A stretch of 64,000 nucleotides of DNA, taken from positions 1-64,000 of IMG/VR virus record IMGVR_UViG_3300043009_000039; one strand, 5' to 3'. The translations under genes were made by a program, and so were the position numbers. The notes below the pieces were generated by a model. It made no database searches, was not told the origin of the DNA, and was given only the letters and a program-made list of their open reading frames with translations. Source of the DNA: a virus. Its lineage: Duplodnaviria > Caudoviricetes. This document shows, piece after piece, positions 38,893-48,242 of the stretch. Numbering within the stretch: position 1 is the first letter of the stretch; the number at the start of each line of letters is the position of its first letter.

Positions 38893-39993
38893 TTATTCTT
38901 GAAGCATCATAGGCATGACAAGCAGTACGGCGCCCGTATCGCCCTCGCCTCGAATTACGGCGGGTTTTTGAGGCGACATCATCTTCATGTCAATCTTTTC
39001 GGTGTCGAATGCCTTCAGCGCCTGAACGAGGTATTCGGCTTTGACTCCGATACGGATTCTTCCGTTCGTGGTGCATTCGAGTCTTTCCGTCGACTTCTTG
39101 GAGTTTTCGAAGTTGTCGGCGCTTATTTTCACCCCGGTCGGAGAGAAGTCAAGCTCGATAAGGTTCGTTACGGGGCAGAGAAGCGATGTACGCTGAACCG
39201 ATTCGATAAACTTCACTCGGTTTATGGTGCAGACCTGCGCGAAGTTCTGCGGAATGATAGACCTGAAATTCGGGTATCTCCCCTCGGTCATGCGGGAGAA
39301 GAGAACCGTATTGCCCGCTCTGAACGATACAATCTTCTCAGAAACGCGAACCACGGCTTCGTCCTTGTCGCTCGTGACCTTTTCAAGCAGTTTGCTCGTC
39401 GGGGCGTCGATGTAGAACACCGTCTTGTCGTATGATTCGGGAATATCAATCGTGTCGGTTGCAAGACGCGAAGAGTCGGTCGCGCAGAAAGTGAACTTGT
39501 TGCCGTCCACCTCGCAGTAGATTGCCATGAGAGCCTTGCGAAGCTCTTCCGTACCAAGAAAAGGGCTGCCCGTTTTCGCGGCGTATTTCAGAGTCGACAA
39601 AGGAACTGTCAGCATGGTCGCCGTATCAGGCTCTTCCACTTCGGGAAACTCGTCGGCATTTGCGGTTGGAATCTCCATGACGCCCTTGTCGTGAATCACC
39701 TTCATAAGATTAAGCTCTGTTTCAAGCGTGACAACCGCGTCGCCGATGCTGTTTATAATCTTCGAGAACAACGCGCATTCAAGACAGAAGCTCCCGTCAT
39801 CCCCGAGCACCTCAATGGCTCGGATATACTTTCGGATGGTTGATTGTCCGTCGGTCGTCTGCAAGCGCAGTCTTTCACCTTTTACCACGATTTTTACGTC
39901 GTTTAAAATGGGGAGCAGTTTATTCTTCCCCGCAAGAGGCGACACTTCCGCAAGCGCCTCCCTCAATACGATTCTTTCAATTTGTATCTTCAT
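38893..39993 (-). CDS. dnaN: DNA polymerase III beta sliding clamp
   Basis: 366 aa; LPILNDV, ATDSSRL, EGRYPNFRSIIP, IGVKAEYL and VLLVMPM motifs. Confidence 0.92.
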   Translation of the reverse strand: MKIQIERIVLREALAEVSPLAGKNKLLPILNDVKIVVKGERLRLQTTDGQSTIRKYIRAIEVLGDDGSFCLECALFSKIINSIGDAVVTLETELNLMKVIHDKGVMEIPTANADEFPEVEEPDTATMLTVPLSTLKYAAKTGSPFLGTEELRKALMAIYCEVDGNKFTFCATDSSRLATDTIDIPESYDKTVFYIDAPTSKLLEKVTSDKDEAVVRVSEKIVSFRAGNTVLFSRMTEGRYPNFRSIIPQNFAQVCTINRVKFIESVQRTSLLCPVTNLIELDFSPTGVKISADNFENSKKSTERLECTTNGRIRIGVKAEYLVQALKAFDTEKIDMKMMSPQKPAVIRGEGDTGAVLLVMPMMLQE

Positions 39994-40237
39994 CTGCTTT
40001 TACCAATTTGATTTTAAGTCCGAGTACTTCGAGGACATACAACAGCGTGGTGAGCATGATGTATCCGTCCCCGTCGAAGAGTCTGCGCACGGTCATTGCC
40101 GAAATATTGCCGCAGGAATCCTTGACAATGCGGTACCTAGTCGTGCCGATTTCAGCCAGCCGCTCGTCAAGCTTTCGTTGAATGTCTGACAGAATTTCAG
40201 CCTGATAGGGCGTAATCTCCTTTCTGATATTTCCCAT
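39977..40237 (-). CDS. XRE/Cro-like HTH regulator
   Basis: TRYRIVKD..ISAMTVRRLFDG...TTLLYVLEVLG. Confidence 0.65.
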   Translation of the reverse strand: MGNIRKEITPYQAEILSDIQRKLDERLAEIGTTRYRIVKDSCGNISAMTVRRLFDGDGYIMLTTLLYVLEVLGLKIKLVKADEDTN

Positions 40238-40310
40238 ATTGTTTTACTGATTAATACTATACAAATATACATATTCTTTTTATTATCTACAAAAGAATTG
40301 CATCATTTTT

Positions 40311-41054
40311 TTAATATATAGCGCGAATTTTTTTCAGCATGGAGTAGAAGCGCGGCTTGTCGAACGACATGCCCGTGGAGGTCTTGTACCCGAGGGCGTT
40401 CAAATCGTCGATAATCTCGATTATGTCGCTGTTTCTATCCACCCGTCCGTTCTTGCTTTCGTAGCGGCAGATGTAACGGTAGAACCGCTGATTGCTCGCG
40501 TTGTTCTTGGCCGTTTCGCGTCTTGAAGCGGCGGATGCGGCATTGGCGGTGCTCAGGTCTGCGCCCTTATCACGGCCCAAATGCGTAATCGTCCGTCCCT
40601 TTCTCGACACGTGATGCCCGTTTGCCTTGATGTGCTCCTTAATCGACTCCAAGCCCGCTTTCGTCTGCAAGCTGATAGACAATGCTTCACGTTCGGCGAT
40701 GGCGAAGAGAATCGTGATGGTGAACTTATCCGAGGAGGGTGCGTCGCAGAAGTAGATGTGCCCCTCCATCTTTTCCCATATAGACAACGCTTCGGCACAG
40801 TTTCTGAAACGGTTGCTCTTGGCTATCATCAAGGTGGCGCCCGTGCGTTTGCAATGCTCTATGGCTTTCTGCAACTGTACGCATTCGTTAAGCTCCGTCC
40901 CCGTGTAGACCTCTTCGTAGTCCGCGAGAAGTTCGCCGTTTTCAAATTCGACGAAAGCCTTGACGGTTCGAAGCTGTGCGTCAAGACCCAAGCCCGTTTC
41001 CCCCTGACGCCACGTGGATACACGACGCCAAGAGATGAATTTTTTCTTTTCCAT
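40311..41054 (-). CDS. Serine recombinase (resolvase/invertase family)
   Basis: WRRVSTWRQ..GLGLDAQ with catalytic Ser, YEEVYTG, LMIAKSNRFRN; short C-terminal DNA-binding region. Confidence 0.85.
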   Translation of the reverse strand: MEKKKFISWRRVSTWRQGETGLGLDAQLRTVKAFVEFENGELLADYEEVYTGTELNECVQLQKAIEHCKRTGATLMIAKSNRFRNCAEALSIWEKMEGHIYFCDAPSSDKFTITILFAIAEREALSISLQTKAGLESIKEHIKANGHHVSRKGRTITHLGRDKGADLSTANAASAASRRETAKNNASNQRFYRYICRYESKNGRVDRNSDIIEIIDDLNALGYKTSTGMSFDKPRFYSMLKKIRAIY

Positions 41055-41106
41055 TTTCTCCGTTTTGTTGGTTTAAAGCAGGAGGCTTGATAAAACCTCC
41101 CGTATT

Positions 41107-41340
41107 TCATTCGTAAGGATAAAGCTCGCAAGCCCTTTCAACAAGCTTTACACGGCATTCGCTGTCAAGGTTCGAATAAAGTTGCATGGTTCTGTCGTGA
41201 AAGTAATCCAAGCCGTAGGTTATCCATTTCTCGAATATGTGATTCCCCAAGTCCTTCCCGAATATTTTCACCGCCTCGTCGCGCGACCATCGGTTGAACA
41301 TATAGTACATAAAACTGCTTACTTGATTTTCCCGTTTCAT
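41107..41340 (-). CDS. Hypothetical protein
   Basis: 77 aa. Confidence 0.6.
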   Translation of the reverse strand: MKRENQVSSFMYYMFNRWSRDEAVKIFGKDLGNHIFEKWITYGLDYFHDRTMQLYSNLDSECRVKLVERACELYPYE

Positions 41341-41352
41341 GGCCGAAGAGTA

Positions 41353-41577
41353 TTAAAGTTCGATTCTTGAAGCGTTGACACAAAGCGACTGCTTGCCGAT
41401 GTGTCGCTGATACACGAGCGAGTCGGAGAGTCCGTTCTCCACGTCTGCAACGATGATTTCGCTGACGAACGAGCCTTTTCTATCCATGTCCGTGTAGATT
41501 TCAATCTCCATGCCGTATTCGTCCATCAACTGAATCAGGTCATGCTTGAATTGTTTGAATTTTTCTGAAAGTTCCAT
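41353..41577 (-). CDS. Hypothetical protein
   Basis: 74 aa. Confidence 0.6.
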   Translation of the reverse strand: MELSEKFKQFKHDLIQLMDEYGMEIEIYTDMDRKGSFVSEIIVADVENGLSDSLVYQRHIGKQSLCVNASRIEL

Positions 41578-41580
41578 AGC

Positions 41581-42000
41581 TTATTTGATATTGAATGTTA
41601 GTACGTCAAGCTGCTGAACCAGCGTCGCTTCACGTGTTTTGTTGCTCAGGTTGATTAGCATCGGTTTCAGCTTCTCTTTTCTGTGGCCCATCGCCCAGTG
41701 ATACTCGTTGTAGATGTTCACATCAAAGTCCTTGTCGTAGAAGTCGATTATCATGCCCAATGCCGGGATGTAGATGTCGGCGTACATCGTGTAGGGCCGC
41801 TTGTAAAGGTAAGACCAAAAATGTATCGCCCAATAAAGATGATATTCAATTCCCTTTTTCTGAAAGTATTCTTCGAGGAACTGAACTTTCTTCGAACGTT
41901 TGTGGAATTTTTTCAAGCCCTCACGGTAGGCTAAGATGGCTTGCTTCTCCCTTAAATCACCCACCCAATCAGGATGGTCTTGTCGTCTTATAGGAATCAT
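41581..42000 (-). CDS. DUF559/Vsr-like endonuclease-fold protein (degenerate)
   Basis: YADIYIPALGMIIDFYD aligns with the DFY..EIDG motif of its neighbour. Confidence 0.5.
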   Translation of the reverse strand: MIPIRRQDHPDWVGDLREKQAILAYREGLKKFHKRSKKVQFLEEYFQKKGIEYHLYWAIHFWSYLYKRPYTMYADIYIPALGMIIDFYDKDFDVNIYNEYHWAMGHRKEKLKPMLINLSNKTREATLVQQLDVLTFNIK

Positions 42001-42001
42001 A

Positions 42002-42703
42002 TCAATAATAGGTTTTTGAAACGTTTATCTCGCAGTTGGCCAACGTCCAACCAAACACGAATCTTCTGCTTGAAGATTTAATGTAGTCATAGTCGAGAAG
42101 CTTCAGGATGTCGGGCGCGGCAAGCTGTGTGTTAATCTTCGCCTCGAACACATCCTTAAACTCAAAGTACGAACCGATTCTGTTGTCATAAAGCCATATC
42201 GGGCCTTTGTGAATGTCCGGGCCTACCGCTTTAAGACAGTCCTCTTCCGCTTGCTTCAAGTTGCGGTCGAAGGTTGCCGAGTAGATTCTTCGGCGGTTTT
42301 TTCTTTTCTCGCCTTTACGGTTCTCCAAAGACCGAACGATGATTGTTTCAATGTCAATCTCTTCCATTTCGAGGACTTCCTCGTTCGTGAAGCGTGCGAT
42401 GTACTCGAATCCGTTTTTGACGTAGGTGTCTTTTCGGCGGTCTTTTTCTTTTTGTTCTTCTCGCTGATGGCTTTCGCCGTCAATTTCGATGTACATGCGG
42501 TAGTAGGGAATGTAGAAGTCATAATAGACCCACTCTGTACCGATTCTGTAATTGCCTTTTTCGCGACGGTAATAGAAGTTTGCCTTTTTGAGAAGTTTTT
42601 CAAAATGTGCTTCTGCGTCACTGTGTTTTGTCAAAAGTTTATTTTGAATTGGAGTAAATCTCTTTTGAACAAACTTCATGTCTGAATAATTCTCGACTTT
42701 CAT
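42002..42703 (-). CDS. DUF559 very-short-patch-repair-like endonuclease with a C-terminal HTH-like domain
   Basis: YDFYIPYYRMYIEIDGESH...DRRKD...IARFTNEEV. Confidence 0.75.
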   Translation of the reverse strand: MKVENYSDMKFVQKRFTPIQNKLLTKHSDAEAHFEKLLKKANFYYRREKGNYRIGTEWVYYDFYIPYYRMYIEIDGESHQREEQKEKDRRKDTYVKNGFEYIARFTNEEVLEMEEIDIETIIVRSLENRKGEKRKNRRRIYSATFDRNLKQAEEDCLKAVGPDIHKGPIWLYDNRIGSYFEFKDVFEAKINTQLAAPDILKLLDYDYIKSSSRRFVFGWTLANCEINVSKTYY

Positions 42704-43409
42704 ACTTTACTTTTTTAGTTTTGGCTTTATATATAATATATTACTTGTTATATTATATATTATTACTTGCTTCTCTTATCTCATCAGCTAACTGCGGAAA
42801 CCTGAGACCCCGAGCGAGGAGGCGCAAAATTTCCCTTAGCGCTGTTAAACGCTTCGAGAAATCGCGTAAAAAAGTTCCTGCGTATAACCGTCGCCCGTCG
42901 CTTTTCAACGCCCATAGCCGTTGGTACAAATGCTATGACCAAGAGTTCCGCAGTGTCCCCTGCGCCGTCTTTTTGTGCTCTTGCACCCATTGCTGCTCGT
43001 GAAACAATGAGCATCTCCTCACATAGCGCTGTTGACGGTTCCTTTTAGCGCAGATGTCCTTTCAAGCCAAACGTACACAGCCGCCTCCAGCCTCACCGAT
43101 AAACTTGAAAGTAAGTATTGGCGGTTATCAGACTTTATTCCCGTTCTCAGTTCGCTCGATAGGGGCAATAAAAAAATCCATACCGTCAACGATTTTAAGG
43201 CACCTGACTTGCAAAACAAGTCAACGAACTGGTACTAAAAAAGACGATATGGATATATAAAATAAAATCCTTGTGTTACGTATTATAACAGTTCGTTTTG
43301 TGCCTTTTTATATCGTTTCCAATACGTAACAAAAGTAGGGGCTATTTTTATAACCTCCAAGATATTTTTCAACTTTGTGAGCGGAAAATTTAAATCCGCC
43401 CAAAACAGA

Positions 43410-44353
43410 CTAATTAAACAGCTCGTTTCGCTCGTCGGGTAAAGTTTTGTTACATCTTGCGAGCACTTTTCTAACAGCTTCACGGAAAGTCACGCCGTTG
43501 TTTGTGTAGTTCATGACCATGTTGTAGAGCTTGGGGTAGGTTTTATAGAGCAGGTCGAACTTGTCCTCGAACTGAATCGAGAATCCGCATCCTACGCATC
43601 CCGTTCTGTTTGCACCCTGATGGTAGACTTCGGCTATTTCGAGGTTGTAACGTTCGACATATTCGAGGATGTCTTTCTCCGTCCAAACAGAGAGAGGATT
43701 CGACATGCTCCGTTCGCCGTAGTAGTTACAGCCCTGATGTCTGAGCCACGTACCCGCACGCATCTGACTCTCGCTTGCCATCATCCCGAGGATTGGCGAG
43801 CGACCCGTCTGATGTTCGAATTTCTTGAAAGGGTCTTTTTTGAGTTTGTCACAGCATCGGTTGGTGCAGTCGTAAGGTTCGTCTATCAGGTACCGCCATT
43901 TCAGCGGCAGGATGTAGCAGCCTTTGCGGGCCATAAACTTTTGAGAGGTGGCGGTGTTCGGGTCGTGACGTATTCGTCGAATCTTGTCCGATGTTTCCTT
44001 GCTTACGAGAGGGAATCCGTATTCTTCCCAAACTTGCTTCGGGGTCAGTTTCGGGTAGATGGTCAGGATGTTATACCCCCCCTATGTTTAAGTTTGTTAA
44101 CAAGGCTGACCACCGACGGGTTCTCATTTCGGGTGTTGCAGAACACGGCGAGAATGTCGGGGTAGATTCGTCGGCAGAGGTCTAAGAGTACCGTACTGTC
44201 GCGACCGCCCGAGAAGCCGACATAGACTTTATCCAATCCTCCCATTCGGGTAACGAACGAGGATATGACGTCGAGGCTGTGTTGAATCTTCTGCTCGAGC
44301 GACCATTGCTGTCTTTCTTCGAGGTCTTTGTAATCCAATTTCATAGGTTCCAT
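43410..44353 (-). pseudogene. PAPS-reductase-family gene interrupted by a frameshift at a G7 tract (phase-variable or programmed)
   Basis: N-part has VGFSGGRDSTVLLDL (PP-loop); the C-part (CCDKLKKDP...SNPLSVW...RTGCVGC) is in the -1 frame; one extra G at 44076-44082 gives a 314-aa protein. Confidence 0.8.
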
Positions 44354-44392
44354 GTTTTGGTGAGTGTGAGCGGCGTCGTGCCGCCCGTAATG

Positions 44393-44668
44393 TCATTTGT
44401 TTTTCAATTCATCGCGAATCTCGGTAAGCAAGCGGACAATCTTGGTAAGTCCTACCCAGAAACCCGTGCCGACCACCGTAAAGCCCAAGACTATGAGACC
44501 ATGTATGAACCCATCGGCTTTCCACAGAATCGCTTTGCAGAGCGCCGCCGCGGTTCCAAACGAGATGATGCCGGACAAGACCGCAACTATGTAGAGGAAT
44601 GTTTCGGCTCCGCTTTTCGAGATTGCTACGTTTTCTTTTGCTTCGTTGTTTACTTCATTTGTGTTCAT
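44393..44668 (-). CDS. Early cassette 33: two-TM membrane protein
   Basis: Hairpin plus leader; start MNTNEVN. Confidence 0.65.
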   Translation of the reverse strand: MNTNEVNNEAKENVAISKSGAETFLYIVAVLSGIISFGTAAALCKAILWKADGFIHGLIVLGFTVVGTGFWVGLTKIVRLLTEIRDELKNK

Positions 44669-44792
44669 AACCGTAAGTTTTAGTTTCTGCAACATTGCAT
44701 TGCGGACGGTCTGCTTTGACCGCCCTGAACCAACAAAACTTAAATTACGCCGCCATAGGCGGAGAGTGGGAGGCGGGTGAACCTCCCGTGTT

Positions 44793-45200
44793 TTAGTAGG
44801 TGTAGACAATCTCGTTGAAGAGAATTATCTGCCACAAGACGCTTGCATCGCTGACGTCAAACTCGCCCGATTTGAACAATGTAAACGCGCCGTAAGCCGC
44901 TATCAAATCTTCCTCGCCGTTAGCCTTAAAATTGCCGTCTAACGCATTTTTAAGCCCTCGTTGGATGTCCTCTAAGGAAACGAAGTAAACGCGGTCTCCG
45001 AGGCGATTTATGGCGTTTCTGAGCGTGCCGTATATTTCGATGTCATTATCGGTCGCCACCTTGATTGTGCCGCCCTCTTGGAAGAGCCGATGCGGGTCTG
45101 TATCTCCGTCGAAATACAAGTCCTCGTTGCCGTAAAGCGTGAGAATCAAATCTTCAAGGTCTGCTGCCGTAAGCTTTTCAATAAATTGTTTGTCGTTCAT
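44793..45200 (-). CDS. Early cassette 32, hypothetical acidic protein
   Basis: ORF with hairpin/leader. Confidence 0.75.
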   Translation of the reverse strand: MNDKQFIEKLTAADLEDLILTLYGNEDLYFDGDTDPHRLFQEGGTIKVATDNDIEIYGTLRNAINRLGDRVYFVSLEDIQRGLKNALDGNFKANGEEDLIAAYGAFTLFKSGEFDVSDASVLWQIILFNEIVYTY

Positions 45201-45251
45201 AACTAAAAGTATTTGGTGAGTGAAAAGCGGGCGGCTCTCACCGCCCCGAAA

Positions 45252-45614
45252 TCAGGACAGCTCATGGAATACTTTTTCGACAGCCTCCTCTAAACGGATA
45301 TACGCCTGCGAGGACGTTTTGTAGTCGCCGACGTACATCTCAACCATGATTTCGCCGTGTTTGGTCATGATGATTTCGCCCGAGCGGTCGTCCTCTTCGC
45401 CCACTTCACTCGGGTAGAAGCCCATGTAGAGTGACTTGTTCCGTCCTATCTCGCAGGTGATAACCATTGACTTCCTCCCTTTCTGCCACTTTACGTCGCT
45501 GAAGAATGCGTGAGGAATGTAAGGCTCTTCGCACCAGTCCTTGATGCCGAGCTTGTCAATTACTTCTTTCAGCACATCGTATGCCGAGCATTTCGTTAAA
45601 TCGAACTGTTTCAT
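45252..45614 (-). CDS. Early cassette 31, hypothetical
   Basis: ORF with hairpin/leader. Confidence 0.75.
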   Translation of the reverse strand: MKQFDLTKCSAYDVLKEVIDKLGIKDWCEEPYIPHAFFSDVKWQKGRKSMVITCEIGRNKSLYMGFYPSEVGEEDDRSGEIIMTKHGEIMVEMYVGDYKTSSQAYIRLEEAVEKVFHELS

Positions 45615-45751
45615 AGATTACGTTTGTTTGGTGAGAAAATAGAAGGAGGGTCTTGTTCAAACCCTCCCTGCCTTGCATATCCGTCGCGGATGGCTCGGCT
45701 TCTGAAATACTTAAACAATTATGAATCAGCGGGAGGTTTTCACCTCCCTTT

Positions 45752-45829
45752 TTAGTCCGCCCTGCCGTTTGTGAGGTCTGCGAACACATTCAAAATCTCA
45801 ACGGCAAGAACAATGATGAAAAGCAACAT
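45752..45829 (-). CDS. 25-aa hydrophobic peptide MLLFIIVLAVEILNVFADLTNGRAD
   Basis: Translated by hand; ATG 13 nt after the previous stop, stop directly before a hairpin. Confidence 0.5.
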   Translation of the reverse strand: MLLFIIVLAVEILNVFADLTNGRAD

Positions 45830-45842
45830 AAAGGTAAGGTTT

Positions 45843-46031
45843 TTATCGGTTTGACAATTCTGATTCGATTAATTTTTTCAACCCCTGACGGGTATCCGCT
45901 TTCACGAACGTATAATATTTGCCGCCCGTGTCGAAGAATGCCTCGAACATTCCCTGCGGTGTCATTCTTATAGAACCGATGTAGTTGCCGTCACGTTCAA
46001 TGTTTCCGTTTCTTTTAAATACAATTTTCAT
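45843..46031 (-). CDS. Early cassette 30, hypothetical
   Basis: ORF with hairpin/leader. Confidence 0.7.
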   Translation of the reverse strand: MKIVFKRNGNIERDGNYIGSIRMTPQGMFEAFFDTGGKYYTFVKADTRQGLKKLIESELSNR

Positions 46032-46076
46032 AACTTGTAGTTTTTAATTGGTTTGTGCAGTCGGGTTGCCCCGACT

Positions 46077-46454
46077 TTATTCATTAGACATAATCTCATC
46101 AAGAAGCTTTTCCAATTTAAGCCCAATCTCTTCCAACGTTTTTTCCGAGCCGAGTCTTATTGCACTTTTAAAGATGTAAAACAAATCCTGCGTCCGAAAC
46201 TCTCCGTAATCGCAGACCGTTTCACTTCCGTCCGTTTCATTGCATATGTAATCTGCTATTTCGTTTTTATAGAACGTTGAAAAATTGATGTAATCGTTTA
46301 CACAAGCAAGATAAAAGTTGGCGAGCCAGCTCTTACCCAAATAATCTCTTTCGGGATAATTCTCGTTTTGGCTTTCCAAACTGAAATGCTTCTTGCACAC
46401 TTTTACCACGATGACGTTAAATTCTCTTACTCCGAGTTCTTTAAATGTAATCAT
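46077..46454 (-). CDS. Early cassette 29, hypothetical
   Basis: ORF with hairpin/leader. Confidence 0.75.
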   Translation of the reverse strand: MITFKELGVREFNVIVVKVCKKHFSLESQNENYPERDYLGKSWLANFYLACVNDYINFSTFYKNEIADYICNETDGSETVCDYGEFRTQDLFYIFKSAIRLGSEKTLEEIGLKLEKLLDEIMSNE

Positions 46455-46511
46455 AATTCTAAGTTTTAATCGGTTAATAATTGGCGAGCGGTCTTGTCGA
46501 CCGCTTTAAGG

Positions 46512-46751
46512 CTAAACATAGCGCACTGCCCGGCCTTTACTTTTCGACAGCTGTTGGCGCAACAATTTTTTGTAGCCTCTTATATTGCATTCCATATTTC
46601 TGACGCATTCGTATGCCTCCGCTTTAGTCCAGAAGTAATATGTGTATTGCCAATACAAATCATATACAAACCACATTTTACCGCCTGAAACATCACACAG
46701 CCCTGCAAATCCAATGTTTTTACCTTTGTTGAATGATTCTAATAGTGCCAT
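46512..46751 (-). CDS. Early cassette 28, hypothetical
   Basis: ORF with hairpin/leader. Confidence 0.7.
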   Translation of the reverse strand: MALLESFNKGKNIGFAGLCDVSGGKMWFVYDLYWQYTYYFWTKAEAYECVRNMECNIRGYKKLLRQQLSKSKGRAVRYV

Positions 46752-46814
46752 AATATCTGAGTTTTATTGGTTGAACATGGTGAGCGGTCGTAAGTCCTAC
46801 AACCGCTCTTTAAG

Positions 46815-47360
46815 TTACAGCTCGCAGATGCCGATAACGTAATTGTGAGAGTCATAGCTGAACTCGACGGGCTGTTGCTTGACGGTATCGTAAAGCTCGC
46901 CGTTACAGATAATCAGCATCTCATCATCGTTTTTATCGTAAGCCGCGTCGCAGATTTTTTCGAATTGCTCTACCGCATCTTTTACTTCTTCGATGCTGTC
47001 GGCGTTTTCAAGCATCTCCATAAGATTGCCTTTATTCTCTTTGAAATACTGTTGCCCCGTACCGTAAAACGTAATGCAGTCGTCAGACAGATAACGCTCT
47101 ACGTCTATACCGTCACACATCCAATCGCGGAGTCTTGTGTAGAAATGATGCCCGTCGGGTCTGTCAAGCTCGAAGATGCATGTCTTTTTGAAGTACTTCT
47201 CTGCGACTTCGTTTGCAACGTCCATGTCCCTGAAGCCTATCAAAGCTTCTCTGACACCGTGAGGAAAATCGCTTTTGTCGTCGTTGGTTTCAACAATTCT
47301 AAGACTCGGGTAAACGTCCACAATGTGCTGTAACTTTTCGGAATATTCTTCTCGTGTCAT
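46815..47360 (-). CDS. Early cassette 27, acidic hypothetical
   Basis: 181 aa, D/E-rich. Confidence 0.8.
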   Translation of the reverse strand: MTREEYSEKLQHIVDVYPSLRIVETNDDKSDFPHGVREALIGFRDMDVANEVAEKYFKKTCIFELDRPDGHHFYTRLRDWMCDGIDVERYLSDDCITFYGTGQQYFKENKGNLMEMLENADSIEEVKDAVEQFEKICDAAYDKNDDEMLIICNGELYDTVKQQPVEFSYDSHNYVIGICEL

Positions 47361-47415
47361 AATGTATAAGTTTTATTGGTTAGTAGTAGCGGGCGGGACG
47401 TCCCACCCTTAAAGG

Positions 47416-47799
47416 TTAGAATTGAATGACCGAGCGTTTGTATTCCCAATGCCTTGCGTCCATAATCCTTGTCCGTTTCAGCTGACACAACGTGTATATC
47501 TTGTGAATATACTGAATGATTGCGGCTGTCGGGCGGGCGTCCTTTATGCAGTCCGCATTCTCTTCCGCAAACTTTCTCTCGTCAAACTCGGCGGAGTCTA
47601 CGATTCTCTTTATGCCCGTGTTTACCATATCTCCGTCGTCATACAATACGTAGCAATAGACTTCGGAATAATTATCGGACAAAGAGCGCAGGGCGTTTTT
47701 CTGATATGTTTTCTCGTTTTGTTTCGCCGTTTTCTTTTCAGCTCCCTCGGGATTAATGTTGAGTAACGGCAGTCTGTCATAATACATATTCTTTTTCAT
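47416..47799 (-). CDS. Early cassette 26, hypothetical
   Basis: ORF with hairpin/leader. Confidence 0.75.
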   Translation of the reverse strand: MKKNMYYDRLPLLNINPEGAEKKTAKQNEKTYQKNALRSLSDNYSEVYCYVLYDDGDMVNTGIKRIVDSAEFDERKFAEENADCIKDARPTAAIIQYIHKIYTLCQLKRTRIMDARHWEYKRSVIQF

Positions 47800-47848
47800 A
47801 ATCGTAAGTTTTGTTAGTACTCGTAGTCGGCCCGCAGACCGACTTTGG

Positions 47849-48190
47849 TCAATAAACGCTCTGTGGGTAATTTTTTAACGCCCAATCAATCGCTGATTGG
47901 CACTCTTTACGGGTTTTCCACTTAACGCCCACGCCGTTTAATTTTTGCGGTATGCCATGAAGATAGTCATATACCACCCACCATATTTTGCCGTCCAACG
48001 CTTCGCGTTTGATTGGCCTGAATCTGCCGAACAGTGCGCAGGAGCATTCAGCGAGTGTTCCTTTGCATTTAAATTCTCCGTTCAGATACGCGGTGTAGTA
48101 CATATCGCCCATACAGTTCCAATGGCGGTCAATTTCTCCGTATTTACCGCGATATTCATTCTTGGTGAACCATTGTGCATAATTTTCCAT
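47849..48190 (-). CDS. Early cassette 25, hypothetical
   Basis: ORF with hairpin/leader. Confidence 0.75.
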   Translation of the reverse strand: MENYAQWFTKNEYRGKYGEIDRHWNCMGDMYYTAYLNGEFKCKGTLAECSCALFGRFRPIKREALDGKIWWVVYDYLHGIPQKLNGVGVKWKTRKECQSAIDWALKNYPQSVY

Positions 48191-48242
48191 AATCGTAGCT
48201 TTATTGGTTAGATATTGTGGGCGGCTCTCGCACGCCCTTTGT

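Noticed and set aside
42813-42823. HDV ribozyme-like GCCUCCUCGCU segment on the minus strand
   Set aside because: It matches HDV P3/L3 in sequence, but the P3 3' strand and P1 partner do not pair; the nearby CUGAUGAG lacks a proper hammerhead GAAA/stem arrangement.
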